Program-made: the position numbers and the translations under genes
Notes under the pieces: model-generated
Databases searched by the model: none
What the model was told of the DNA's origin: nothing
Seen by the model: only the letters and a program-made list of their open reading frames with translations
Shown here: in pieces, positions 18,144 to 26,738 of the stretch
How the letters are laid out: each line of letters opens with the position of its first letter
How positions within the stretch are numbered: position 1 is the first letter of the stretch
DNA from: Pseudomonadota bacterium
GTDB taxonomy: Bacteria; Bdellovibrionota_G; JALEGL01; DATDPG01
Assembly (NCBI GenBank): GCA_043804515.1
Contig: JAZDIZ010000176.1
Span: forward strand, 1 to 31,538
Reading direction: 5' to 3'
Length of the DNA: 31,538 bases

Positions 18144-18962
18144 ATGGAGTTCTTGCATATTCGGCGGCCTGCGGTAGCGGGGCTTTTCTATCCGGAATCG
18201 GAAACCGAATTAAGAGACACCGTAGACGGTTTTTTGGCGGAGGCGGAGAAGACCCGTCCTTCGGGTCCATTGCGGCCGAAGGCGCTGATCGTCCCCCATG
18301 CCGGCTATGTCTTCTCGGGCCCGGTTGCGGCCAGCGCGTACTTACAGCTCAAACCTTTGAGGGCGATTATCCGCAGAGTCGTTCTTCTGGGTCCCGCCCA
18401 TCGGGCGCCGGTTGAAGGGTTGGCCCTCCCCCGCTGCGACTACTTTGAAACGCCTCTGGGGCGCGTCAAGCTCGACCAAGCGGCATGCAGAGCCGTCCTC
18501 GACCTCCCGCAGGTGACGGAGAACGCGCAAGTTCACGCACCCGAGCATTCGCTGGAGGTGCAATTGCCGTTTCTCCAACGCACACTGGAGAATTTTGAAT
18601 TCGTTCCTTTGGCCGTCGGGGATGCCTCGGCCCCCGAGGTTCACGAGGCGATCGAGATTCTTTGGGGCGGCCCAGAAACGCTGATCCTCGTGAGCTCGGA
18701 TCTGTCCCATTATCTTCCGTACAAGCAGGCTCAAGCCGAAGACGCCGCCACAGCCAAGAAGATCTCCGATTTGGATGCGCCGTTCTCTCCGTTGGGGCAC
18801 GGAAACGCGTGCGGAGCCACGCCGGTCAACGGCCTTCTCCTCGCGGCGCGCGAGCACCGGCTTCGGGCGTACGTCTTGGACCTTCGAAACTCCGGCGATA
18901 CTGCCGGCGATCGGGATCGGGTCGTCGGCTACGGGTCGTTCGCGTTCACGGAGAAGCCATGA
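18144..18962 (+). CDS. amrB: AmmeMemoRadiSam system protein B (MEMO1 family)
   Basis: RRPAVAGLFYP, IVPHAGYVFSG, LLGPAH, EHSLEVQLPFLQ, SSDLSHY, NACG, NSGD...VVGY. Confidence 0.95.
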   Translation: MEFLHIRRPAVAGLFYPESETELRDTVDGFLAEAEKTRPSGPLRPKALIVPHAGYVFSGPVAASAYLQLKPLRAIIRRVVLLGPAHRAPVEGLALPRCDYFETPLGRVKLDQAACRAVLDLPQVTENAQVHAPEHSLEVQLPFLQRTLENFEFVPLAVGDASAPEVHEAIEILWGGPETLILVSSDLSHYLPYKQAQAEDAATAKKISDLDAPFSPLGHGNACGATPVNGLLLAAREHRLRAYVLDLRNSGDTAGDRDRVVGYGSFAFTEKP

Positions 18963-19510
18963 CGGACCCGTTCGGAAGCCTCCTTCTTGTCCTGGCCCGA
19001 AGCGCGATCGGCGAGCATTTCGGTCTGCCGGGGGCGAGGGTTTCCGACGACCCAAGGCTGGGTGAGAAAGGAGCCGCGTTCGTAACGCTTACGCTGGACG
19101 GGGAACTCCGGGGGTGCATCGGTACGATCGAGGCCCATCGTTCCCTGGGAGAGGACGTCCGGAAGAATGCCGCCGCCGCCGCTCTACGCGATCCCCGCTT
19201 TTCCCCTCTGACCGCGGAGGAGTTCGCCCGGGTGAAGATCGAGGTTTCGGTGCTCTCCGCGGTGGAGGCGATGCCCCACCGGACCGAGGAGGATATTCTG
19301 GCGCAATTGCGGCCGGGAAAAGACGGCGTCGTCATCCGTTACCAGGGGAGGCAGGCCACGTACCTTCCGCAGGTGTGGCGGCATTTCGCCGACCCGAAAA
19401 AGTTCCTGGCGGAACTCAAACGCAAGGCGTGGCTGGACGCCGAATTCTGGTCTCCGGACATGGAAGTGGGGCGCTACACGCTCCTGAAATGGTCTGAGGA
19501 GGAGCCGTGA
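18959..19510 (+). CDS. amrA: AmmeMemoRadiSam system protein A (AMMECR1 family)
   Basis: AFVTL, LRGCIG, DPRF, EVSVL, ATYLPQVW; ATG 18959 overlaps the amrB stop (ATGA). Confidence 0.95.
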   Translation: MTDPFGSLLLVLARSAIGEHFGLPGARVSDDPRLGEKGAAFVTLTLDGELRGCIGTIEAHRSLGEDVRKNAAAAALRDPRFSPLTAEEFARVKIEVSVLSAVEAMPHRTEEDILAQLRPGKDGVVIRYQGRQATYLPQVWRHFADPKKFLAELKRKAWLDAEFWSPDMEVGRYTLLKWSEEEP

Positions 19511-20580
19511 ACGGCGAGTATCCGGGCCGCTGGTGGCATTGGACAGAGGATCACCGGATCCACTGCGATCTTTGCCCCCGCGATTGCAAACTCAACGACG
19601 GCCAGCGCGGCCATTGCTTCGTGCGGCAACGTGTCGGCGATCAGATGATCCTCACGACGTACGGCCGGTCCTCCGGTTTCTGCGTGGATCCGATCGAGAA
19701 GAAGCCGCTCAATCATTTCTATCCCGGCACCGCCGTTCTCTCGTTCGGAACGGCGGGCTGCAACCTGGCGTGCCGATTCTGCCAGAACTGGGACATCTCG
19801 AAGTCACGTGACATCGAGAAGCTCAATTCCCCGGCAACGCCGGAAGGGATCGCGCGCGCGGCCGAGCAGAAGAAGTGCGCGAGCGTGGCTTTCACGTACA
19901 ACGATCCGGTCATCTTCGCCGAGTACGCGATGGATGTGGCGGACGCCTGCCACGAACGGGGAATCCGTGCGGTGGCGGTCACGGCGGGCTACATGCACGC
20001 CGAACCCCGGCGCGAATTTTACGCGAAGATGGATGCGGCCAATGTGGACCTGAAGGCGTTCACGGAAGAGTTCTACTTCAGAGTCACCGGCGCCCACCTC
20101 GCCCCGATCCTGGAGACGCTCAAGTACTTGAAGTGGGAGACGCGAGTTTGGACCGAGATCACGACGTTGCTGATTCCGGGGCACAACGACTCCGATAAGG
20201 AGATCGGGGAGCTCTGTGGGTGGGTTTTAAAGGAACTGGGCCCCGAAGTACCGCTCCATTTTTCGGCGTTTCATGCGGACTTCAAGATGCTCAACGTCCC
20301 CCCGACGCCTCCGGAAACGTTGCAACGCGCCCGAAAGATCGCCCTCAATGCGGGCCTTAATTATGTCTACACGGGAAACGTCCACGACCTGGAAGGGGAC
20401 ACGACGTTCTGCCCGCGCTGCCACGTGAAGATCATCGAGCGCGACTGGTACGAGATCCTTCATTATAAGCTGACGGACGACGGCAATTGCCCGAACTGCG
20501 GAAAGCCGATCCCCGGCCGGTTCGGGGAATTCACCAAGTCGTTCGGCCGCCTGCGAATTCCGGTTCAGATCGAGTCTTAG
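19507..20580 (+). CDS. amrS: AmmeMemoRadiSam system radical SAM enzyme
   Basis: CDLCPRDC...GHCFVR, DPIEKKPLNHFYPG, CNLACRFCQN (CxxxCxxC), YNDP, ANVDLK, YVYTGNV, C-terminal CPRC/CPNC; GTGA overlap with amrA. Confidence 0.96.
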   Translation: MNGEYPGRWWHWTEDHRIHCDLCPRDCKLNDGQRGHCFVRQRVGDQMILTTYGRSSGFCVDPIEKKPLNHFYPGTAVLSFGTAGCNLACRFCQNWDISKSRDIEKLNSPATPEGIARAAEQKKCASVAFTYNDPVIFAEYAMDVADACHERGIRAVAVTAGYMHAEPRREFYAKMDAANVDLKAFTEEFYFRVTGAHLAPILETLKYLKWETRVWTEITTLLIPGHNDSDKEIGELCGWVLKELGPEVPLHFSAFHADFKMLNVPPTPPETLQRARKIALNAGLNYVYTGNVHDLEGDTTFCPRCHVKIIERDWYEILHYKLTDDGNCPNCGKPIPGRFGEFTKSFGRLRIPVQIES

Positions 20581-20734
20581 CTTGAATTGAAACTCTCACC
20601 CTTTCTTGCATCCGGAACCGGCGTGCCGGACACGCAAATTTTGCGGGGTTGGATTTAGTGGTGCAGCGCAACCCGTTGAAATTTAACGTTTTTTTACGAT
20701 GCTTTCCGGCAAGAATCTTGCTAAGAATCAGAAC

Positions 20735-22321
20735 ATGTCTTCGATTTTGAATCGCTCTTGGGTCCTTCCCGCTGGGATCGTTCTCTTCGCTGTTCTCGGC
20801 GGCGCCGACGCCTTTGCCGCGTGCGACCACTCCATCAATTCTGTCCCCTGGGACCTCACGGACGCGGAAACGACATACTGCTTAACCCAGGACATCACGA
20901 CCGGGTCCGGCGATTTCACGATCAAGGCGGACAGCGTGACGCTCGACGGCCAGGGACATTCCGTGACCGTTGCGTCCGACGTCGTGTCCACCTTCAAGCA
21001 CGACGGCGTCACGGTCCAGAATTTGAAGCTGAAGGACGGCGGTATCACGGTGGTCTACCAGAACGGCGCGCAGGGTCTCAAAATTCTCGACAATGAATTG
21101 ACCGGCATCCTGATCCTAGAGGCGACGGGGATCACGATCCGGGGAAACACGGTGGCGGGAGGGCTTGGAATCGCCGGCCGGGGGCAATGCATTTATGCGG
21201 ATAATCGTTCGGCGTGCGACCCATACAGCGGCGACCACCTCACGCGGAAGAAGCTGATGGTTGTGGACCTCTGGTCGGACGACAACGTCGTCGAGAACAA
21301 CTCCTTCCACGGGGAGGGGATGACGGACGTGCGCTTCGTGCAGGTGGCGAACCAGCGAGGGCTGAAGTTTCGGAACAACCACGTCGAGATCTCGAACAGC
21401 TCGGGCAACATCATCCAGATCCATTACACCATCGACTCGACGTTTGAAGGAAACACGATCCTTTCCGACATCGATCCTTCCAAGGCCGGGGAAACCTACG
21501 GCGTGACCGTCCGCGACGACATCACCCGGCTGACGTTCCGCAACAATTATGTCCGGTCCAACGGGACCAACTGCATGCTTCTCGGCGGATCGGGCAATGA
21601 GGCCTTTATCGAAGGCTTCAACGATACGCTCCCGAACCCTTGGGGCTACGGCAACCTCGTGGAAGCCAACGTCTTCCTGCTCGAGTCTTCATCGCTCAGC
21701 GATGCCGCCATCCGCTTCGACACATCGAACGGCGGTGACCGGTTTGTGAACAACCTGGTCTACTCCGAACAAGGAGGCAGCGGCGCTCTCCGGATCGGCG
21801 CCATCCCTCCGGCCGACAACCCGACAGTCCTGGACCACAACACCGCGGTCTCCCTGAACAACGGTCCGGCGCTGAATCTCATGGAAGGAACCGACCAGAA
21901 CGGCCTGACCAAACTCACGAACAACATCTTCTACCAAGCCGACCCCAGGGGAGTTTCCGCCCAAGGAAGCACGCCGACCGCCGATACCGATTACAATCTT
22001 TATTTCCCCTCGAGTGCGGATTTTCTCTCGCGTGAGCCGCACTCGTTCAGCGCGGACCCGCTCTTTGTCGACGCGGCGAATTCGGATTTTCACCTGAGCA
22101 CGGATCCCCGCAGCCCGGCGATCGGCGCGGGTAACGACGGGAAAGATTTGGGTGCCGAATCAGCCGTGTTGGAAATGGCCCTCACCGGTGCGCCGGCCTC
22201 GGGTTCCGGTGCAGGGGTTGAAGGCGGGTGCCGGGTCGCAGTGCCTTCCGGCTATGGATCGGCCTTGCTTCTCTGGAGTGCGCTTGCACTAATCGCGCTG
22301 CGCCGCCGCAGATCAACTTGA
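20735..22321 (+). CDS. Secreted right-handed parallel beta-helix protein with C-terminal MYXO-CTERM-like sorting/anchor signal
   Basis: Signal peptide ending AFA; Asn-ladder repeats (IRGNTV, VENNSF, FRNNHV, FEGNTI, FRNNYV, FVNNLV, LTNNIF); DPLFVD..DFHL..SPAIGAG; tail GGCRV...LALIALRRRRST. Start could be 20699. Confidence 0.85.
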   Translation: MSSILNRSWVLPAGIVLFAVLGGADAFAACDHSINSVPWDLTDAETTYCLTQDITTGSGDFTIKADSVTLDGQGHSVTVASDVVSTFKHDGVTVQNLKLKDGGITVVYQNGAQGLKILDNELTGILILEATGITIRGNTVAGGLGIAGRGQCIYADNRSACDPYSGDHLTRKKLMVVDLWSDDNVVENNSFHGEGMTDVRFVQVANQRGLKFRNNHVEISNSSGNIIQIHYTIDSTFEGNTILSDIDPSKAGETYGVTVRDDITRLTFRNNYVRSNGTNCMLLGGSGNEAFIEGFNDTLPNPWGYGNLVEANVFLLESSSLSDAAIRFDTSNGGDRFVNNLVYSEQGGSGALRIGAIPPADNPTVLDHNTAVSLNNGPALNLMEGTDQNGLTKLTNNIFYQADPRGVSAQGSTPTADTDYNLYFPSSADFLSREPHSFSADPLFVDAANSDFHLSTDPRSPAIGAGNDGKDLGAESAVLEMALTGAPASGSGAGVEGGCRVAVPSGYGSALLLWSALALIALRRRRST

Positions 22322-22341
22322 CGGTCGAATTCAGCCCGTGA

Positions 22342-22650
22342 TCAGGAACACTTCGGTGCTTCGGTCTTGGGCTCTTCACACTTGCAATGGCAGCAGCAGC
22401 CGGCGACCCAATTGTAAACGAGGGCCAAAAGCGCGCCGCAGATGAAGCCGTCCACAATCGTGTAAATCAAGCCGATCCCCAGGTTCTTGAGTCCCGAACC
22501 CGCGTGATATCCCGGATACAAGTTCTCCAGGATTTTGAGATAATCGCATCCGTACCCGTCCGTGAACCGGTTGATGAGGCCCACGACCAGAATAGCGAGG
22601 CCCGAGAGAAAGCCGCACGCGGTACCGAAGGCGCAAACACAAAGTTTCAT
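22342..22650 (-). CDS. Small two-TM membrane protein (family often labelled holin-like), Cys-rich tail
   Basis: AAGGAG RBS; MKL..AF, LYPGY, DGFI.G...A.VYN pattern; tail CCCHCKC. Confidence 0.8.
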   Translation of the reverse strand: MKLCVCAFGTACGFLSGLAILVVGLINRFTDGYGCDYLKILENLYPGYHAGSGLKNLGIGLIYTIVDGFICGALLALVYNWVAGCCCHCKCEEPKTEAPKCS

Positions 22651-22765
22651 TACGTATTCTCCTTTCCCAATCCGGCATCACCTTACCGCTTTCCGGGGAA
22701 GGCGGCGAGATCTTGGCTTTCGAAGCGGGAGGGGTGTATTTGGCTTTTTTAAGGAGAATCGAGCC

Positions 22766-23026
22766 ATGGCAACCGAAGTCAAGATCGGACACGTGAGCCA
22801 CTATTTCGGAAAAATCCAAGTGGCCGCAATCGAACTTACGGACGGCCCGTTGAGCGTCGGCGACACCATTCGCATCAAGGGACACACGTCGGATTTCACG
22901 CAGACGGTCGATTCGATCCAGATCGACAAAGCCAGCGTCCCCACTGCGGAACAAGGCAAAGGGATCGGCATCCGCGTGGTCCAGCACGCCCGCGTGGACG
23001 ACGAGGTTTTCAAGGTCGTTCCTTAG
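22766..23026 (+). CDS. Small translation-elongation-factor domain 2-like / peptidase U32 C-terminal-like beta-barrel protein (86 aa)
   Basis: AAGGAG RBS then ATG 22766; IGHVSHYFGKIQVAAIEL, LSVGDTIRIKGHTSDFTQTVDSIQID pattern. Confidence 0.88.
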   Translation: MATEVKIGHVSHYFGKIQVAAIELTDGPLSVGDTIRIKGHTSDFTQTVDSIQIDKASVPTAEQGKGIGIRVVQHARVDDEVFKVVP

Positions 23027-23103
23027 GCTGAATTATTCACGAGCTACAATGAGTTAGGCGGGGCGGGCGGATGCCTACGCTCCGTGGCTCGGATCGTATC
23101 ACG

Positions 23104-23148
23104 GGGGACACCCACTGATGGATTGGGGACACTCTTAAGGGTGTCCCC
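23104..23148. repeat. GGGGACAC/GTGTCCCC hairpin cluster
   Basis: GGGGACACCC...GGGGACACTC-TTAA-GGGTGTCCCC: two direct copies of the core and one inverted copy. Confidence 0.65.
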
Positions 23149-23231
23149 CTCACCGCGATCCTGCGCCTGACCTCCGCTCCGGCACACGCCCACCCCGCCA
23201 GAAATACGTCGAAGACACGTACCGTCCCCGA

Positions 23232-23286
23232 CGGAGCCCAATGCCTGCGGCCGAGTTGGGCGGTTTGTCGACGCTCCTCCGTGTAG
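23232..23286 (+). repeat. Intergenic repeat module D, copy 1
   Basis: 23252-23286 matches 24462-24496 at 31/35; outer CGGAG/CTCCG pairing in both copies. Confidence 0.8.
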
Positions 23287-23287
23287 A

Positions 23288-23311
23288 GCGAAAAGAGGGA
23301 CGGAGGCCGGA
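23288..23311 (+). repeat. Intergenic repeat module E, copy 1 (GCGAAAAGAGGGACGGAGGCCGGA)
   Basis: 24-nt identical to 24388-24411; 16-nt core again at 28869-28884. Confidence 0.85.
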
Positions 23312-23411
23312 TTCGGCGGAAATTTTTCCTTGTTTGGAGGGGCCTGGCCATCCAGAGCCCCCTCCAGAGGCTCACATGTAATGTCTTGCAATTATTAACT
23401 TTTATGGTTCC

Positions 23412-23440
23412 TTTACAGCCGCCAAGCGTGGTGATACGTT
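23412..23440 (+). promoter_or_regulatory. Candidate sigma70 promoter for the orphan secreted protein
   Basis: TTTACA-17 nt-TACGTT with a TGn extension and an AT-rich stretch upstream, 20 nt before the start codon. Confidence 0.45.
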
Positions 23441-23460
23441 GCGTCACGCCTAACTAGGGG

Positions 23461-24093
23461 GTGCTTATGAATTCAAAATTCGTTCTCGTTTGTACGCTCG
23501 GTTTTGCAGCGATTCTGTCGAATCCGGTCTTCGCATCGGATTCCCCGGTCGGACTTTATCTGGGACCTTTCGGGAGCGGGATTGTCACTACGACTCGTCC
23601 CGTACAGGGGGGAGAGACTACTTCCATCAGTCAATTTACGTTTGGAGTCGCGTGCGACAATATGGTCCGTTCATGCGACAGCCTGAATCCGCATGGGAAC
23701 CCGCAGCTGATTCACTTTGAGGCGAGCGGTCACTCGTTCATCAACCCGGAGCTCGGGAAATCCGACATAGCGACCGTTCGGGCCTGCTCGTACAACGAAA
23801 GGGAAACCAAAGACCGCGGGTTCCGAGGCTTTGCGGACCAGACGACGGGTAATTGGGCGCCTGACCAATTGGAAATTCAAGCCATCGATTGCCAGATGAC
23901 CGTCAATGCAGCCGGCAGATTGGTTTTTTCCGGAACGCCGCAGCCGGTCAGTAAGACCATAACTGTTCCGCCGGCGATCAAGAACAAGCCTGACCGGGGC
24001 ACGCTCTACTGGAAATTCAAGTACAGAAAACTTCAGGAGTTCGGCTGCAACGACGCTGCCGCTTACGAGAGCTGCCCGGTGGGGAGGGATTGA
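23461..24093 (+). CDS. Hypothetical secreted protein (six Cys in mature part)
   Basis: Signal peptide ending VFA; start GTG 23461 or ATG 23467 after AGGGG; no family recognised. Confidence 0.75.
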   Translation: MLMNSKFVLVCTLGFAAILSNPVFASDSPVGLYLGPFGSGIVTTTRPVQGGETTSISQFTFGVACDNMVRSCDSLNPHGNPQLIHFEASGHSFINPELGKSDIATVRACSYNERETKDRGFRGFADQTTGNWAPDQLEIQAIDCQMTVNAAGRLVFSGTPQPVSKTITVPPAIKNKPDRGTLYWKFKYRKLQEFGCNDAAAYESCPVGRD

Positions 24094-24216
24094 AGCCTTC
24101 CGCCGCTACTCCAATATTGCGACTGCGATTCGATGAGCAGTCGCCTCCCCACGGAAGACTTCAACGACCGGAAGCCGCCGGGGATCCGGATCAGGGTGGC
24201 GGCTGAGGTCGGGCCC
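24087..24216 (+). repeat. Structured intergenic element, copy A (possible ncRNA or REP/MITE-like element)
   Basis: 83/96 identical to the reverse complement of 31269-31364 over the first 96 nt; nested stems; see findings. Confidence 0.85.
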
Positions 24217-24285
24217 ACCGACCGTACAGATTCACGGAAATGAGCCGAGCTGGCGCAGGGTCAGTTCCAATGAAGTTGTAGGGAG

Positions 24286-24319
24286 GGCGAAATTCGCGCT
24301 GCGAATTTTGACCGGAGGG
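24286..24319 (+). repeat. Hairpin module F (AAATTCGC-NNN-GCGAATTT), copy 1
   Basis: 30/34 identical to the reverse complement of 31181-31214. Confidence 0.8.
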
Positions 24320-24377
24320 TGAAGCCCCGCTTTGCCCTGACAGCTAAACTGAGAATCAAACCGGAAGTCATGTCTCT

Positions 24378-24411
24378 TTCCGTCCCTGCGAAAAGAGGGA
24401 CGGAGGCCGGA
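24378..24411 (+). repeat. Module E, copy 2, preceded by its own inverted core
   Basis: TCCGTCCCT-GCGAAAAG-AGGGACGGA forms a 9-bp hairpin; 24388-24411 identical to 23288-23311. Confidence 0.85.
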
Positions 24412-24439
24412 CTCGGCGAATACGAGTGAGTCTTACCAG

Positions 24440-24496
24440 CGGAGACCCCCAAGCCTGTGCTCGAGTTGGGCGATTGGTCTACGCTCCTCCGTATAG
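24440..24496 (+). repeat. Intergenic repeat module D, copy 2
   Basis: Matches 23232-23286. Confidence 0.8.
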
Positions 24497-24565
24497 GAAA
24501 AAGCAGAAAGAAACCGACGGAAAGTCTAATTGGCCTCCCACCTCGGTCCCCATTACACTTCGCGA

Positions 24566-26026
24566 ATGGTCCGGCGCACAACGTTGGGGGGAATGTTTGC
24601 TCGTTCCGGTGCGCTCGTGTTCGGCGGAATTCTGCTCTATTCCCTGGCGTTCTCCTTTTTCCTTGATGACACACTTTGGCGGAAAGGCACGCTCCTCCTG
24701 CTTTGCTTGATCGGGCTTGGATTCTTCAACCCCGTGGGTCGCCGCTTCACGGCGGCCGCCCGGGGTTTGTTGGCACGGCTTCCCCTCTGGAGCGTCCTGT
24801 TTGTGGGGGCCCTTCTTCGCGTGAGCTGGGCTCTCAACAGCGGTGTCCGGCAGACTTCAGATTTCTTCGGTTATCAACGGGATGCGTATTTTCTTCTCAA
24901 GGGAGCGCCGTTGCTCGATCCGTTGAAGCCGAACGGGGCCGCATTCCTGTACGCCGCCTGTTATTCCCTGTTCCACGCCGGGAATCTTGGTCCCCAACTC
25001 GTGAACGCGCTTCTCTCCTCGCTCCAAATCCTGTGCGTCTATGTGATTCTCTACCGCGTGACCCAAAGTCGATCAGCCGGCCGGATCGGAGCGCTGATCC
25101 TGGCGCTCTGGCCCGAGCACGTGATCTTCTGCAACCTGCTTTCAAGCGAGGTGCCTTTCACCACGATGGTGCTGGGCTCATACGCGCTCTTCACTCTGTC
25201 GGAAGAGGGAGCCTGGAAAAAACGGTTCGTGCTCCTGGGTCTCTCGGGATTCCTCCTCGGGTGGGCGCATTGGATTCGTCCATTCGGGCCGATTATGCTG
25301 GTGGCACCGCTTCTCGCGGAGGCTTTCGGCCGTACACCTGGATCGAGGTTCTCCCTCGGGCGTTTTTCTTTTCTCCTTTCGGCTTTTCTTATTCCGATCG
25401 GAATTCTTTGCTGGGTCAATATGCGGACGATCGGGGTGGCTTCCCCCAATCCCGCCCAGACGTCGGGCTGGAGTTTTCTCGTGGGCACGAACGTCAAGTA
25501 CGCCGGCCAATGGAATAGGGAGGATGACGGATTGTTCATGGCGGAAAGCGAACGGCCGTCCGCGTTGGCCGGAGTTCATCCGGCAGTAATGGGGAATCGC
25601 CTGGCGTGGGATCTGGCTCTGCGGCGCATCGCTCAGGATCCCCGGGCCTTCGCGAGCATGGTCTTCACTCAGAAATTATGGCGGCTCTGGCCTTCCGCTG
25701 GTTATCTGGGCTGGTCGCTGAACACGTCCGTCCTCAAGGAGCAGTGGATTCCGATCTCTCTCGTGGCCGACGTTCTCCACCATTTGGCCGTCATTCTTTC
25801 GGCGATCCTTTTGTTGATTCCCGCGAAGCCTTCGGTGGGACGCTTCAACATCGTCCACGGGTTCCTTTGGGTCGCCGTCCTCGTTACGGGCGTTCACGCG
25901 TTTCTCGAAATGTCGCCGCGCTACCACCACCCTTTCATTCCATTGTTCGCGCTCGTCCTGGCTTATTTCGGGGCTGACTTTTTCGCTTCGGGGCAAATTA
26001 TCGACAAACCGCCTGTCCTCGCTTAG
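24566..26026 (+). CDS. Multi-pass membrane glycosyltransferase, GT-C fold (ArnT/PMT-like)
   Basis: About 12 TM helices; SDF..Y in the first loop, LLSSEVPF, IRP, C-terminal PRYH motifs. Start uncertain (24530, 24566 or 24593). Confidence 0.8.
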   Translation: MVRRTTLGGMFARSGALVFGGILLYSLAFSFFLDDTLWRKGTLLLLCLIGLGFFNPVGRRFTAAARGLLARLPLWSVLFVGALLRVSWALNSGVRQTSDFFGYQRDAYFLLKGAPLLDPLKPNGAAFLYAACYSLFHAGNLGPQLVNALLSSLQILCVYVILYRVTQSRSAGRIGALILALWPEHVIFCNLLSSEVPFTTMVLGSYALFTLSEEGAWKKRFVLLGLSGFLLGWAHWIRPFGPIMLVAPLLAEAFGRTPGSRFSLGRFSFLLSAFLIPIGILCWVNMRTIGVASPNPAQTSGWSFLVGTNVKYAGQWNREDDGLFMAESERPSALAGVHPAVMGNRLAWDLALRRIAQDPRAFASMVFTQKLWRLWPSAGYLGWSLNTSVLKEQWIPISLVADVLHHLAVILSAILLLIPAKPSVGRFNIVHGFLWVAVLVTGVHAFLEMSPRYHHPFIPLFALVLAYFGADFFASGQIIDKPPVLA

Positions 26027-26036
26027 ATCAGTGGCT

Positions 26037-26690
26037 ATGAACGATCTCATTCACTTCGGCGACTACAAGACGGACAAGGGCCCTGACGGGCACTCTTATC
26101 AGAGGGCCTACGATCTGTACTTCGGCGACCGCCGGCTTCGTTGTGAGAACATCGTGGAAATCGGAACGCGGAAGGGTTCCATCAAGCTGTGGTTGGATTA
26201 TTTTCCGCAAACCACTTTATATGGATGGGATTTGAAGGATCCTAAATTCTCTGACGCCAGATTCAAATTCATGAAGGTCAATCAGTCCTCGGACGATGAA
26301 ATGCGGAACGCCCTGGAGACCATCGGACGCCCTTTGGACGTAATTATTGATGACGGACCCCATACGCCCAAGGAACAGACCCGATGTTTTGAATTGGCGT
26401 TTCCCCGTCTGGCCCATGGCGGAATCTATGTAATGGAGGATCTTCACTCGACTGATCCGGAAAATGAACTCCCAGACCAGTATCGCCGGAACATGAACGG
26501 GGCGGATTTCAGTTTCAGACAGATCCTTTCCAGGCTCGAATCGGGAATGTTGGAGCCGACCATGTATCTGCGAAACCCGAAATCTCTCTCGGAGGAGATT
26601 CAGTCGATCCACGTCGAGTGCGGCGACACGATTCGGTGGAAGAAATTCCAGAAAACGCCTTCGGACATCGCGTTCGTTATCAGAAAATAG
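26037..26690 (+). CDS. Class I SAM-dependent methyltransferase-like protein (sugar O-methyltransferase type)
   Basis: TDK...HSY...Y, IVEIG, WLDYFP, YGWD, DVIIDDGPH, GGIYVMEDL motifs; directly after the GT-C gene (GTG 26031 alternative start). Confidence 0.85.
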   Translation: MNDLIHFGDYKTDKGPDGHSYQRAYDLYFGDRRLRCENIVEIGTRKGSIKLWLDYFPQTTLYGWDLKDPKFSDARFKFMKVNQSSDDEMRNALETIGRPLDVIIDDGPHTPKEQTRCFELAFPRLAHGGIYVMEDLHSTDPENELPDQYRRNMNGADFSFRQILSRLESGMLEPTMYLRNPKSLSEEIQSIHVECGDTIRWKKFQKTPSDIAFVIRK

Positions 26691-26738
26691 ACTCGCGCGA
26701 GCCGCGATTGGCCTACGTCCCCGGATTATGGACGTCAA

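Noticed and set aside
18236..18243. TGGCGGAG as a distal att copy of the tRNA 3' end delimiting an island
   Set aside because: Only a short match, inside the intact amrB coding sequence; no convincing tRNA 3' direct repeat was found by eye, so island boundaries are not called.
14028..19510. Long N-terminal extensions in the ORF track for wzi (15839), the beta-barrel (18145) and amrA (18662)
   Set aside because: Internal ATGs give proper signal peptides or ATGA coupling; the extensions overlap other genes and look non-protein-like.
23052..23454. Integron attC sites (GTTAGGC at 23052, GCCTAAC at 23448; also ATCTAAC in element C)
   Set aside because: The boxes are not arranged as RYYYAAC...GTTRRRY within a 60-140 nt palindrome, are not conserved among element copies, and no intI is present. 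IntegronFinder would settle it.
24119..24144. Hammerhead ribozyme in the GATTCGATGA loop
   Set aside because: Sequence is CGATGA rather than CTGATGA and lies in a closed hairpin loop, not a three-way junction with GAAA.
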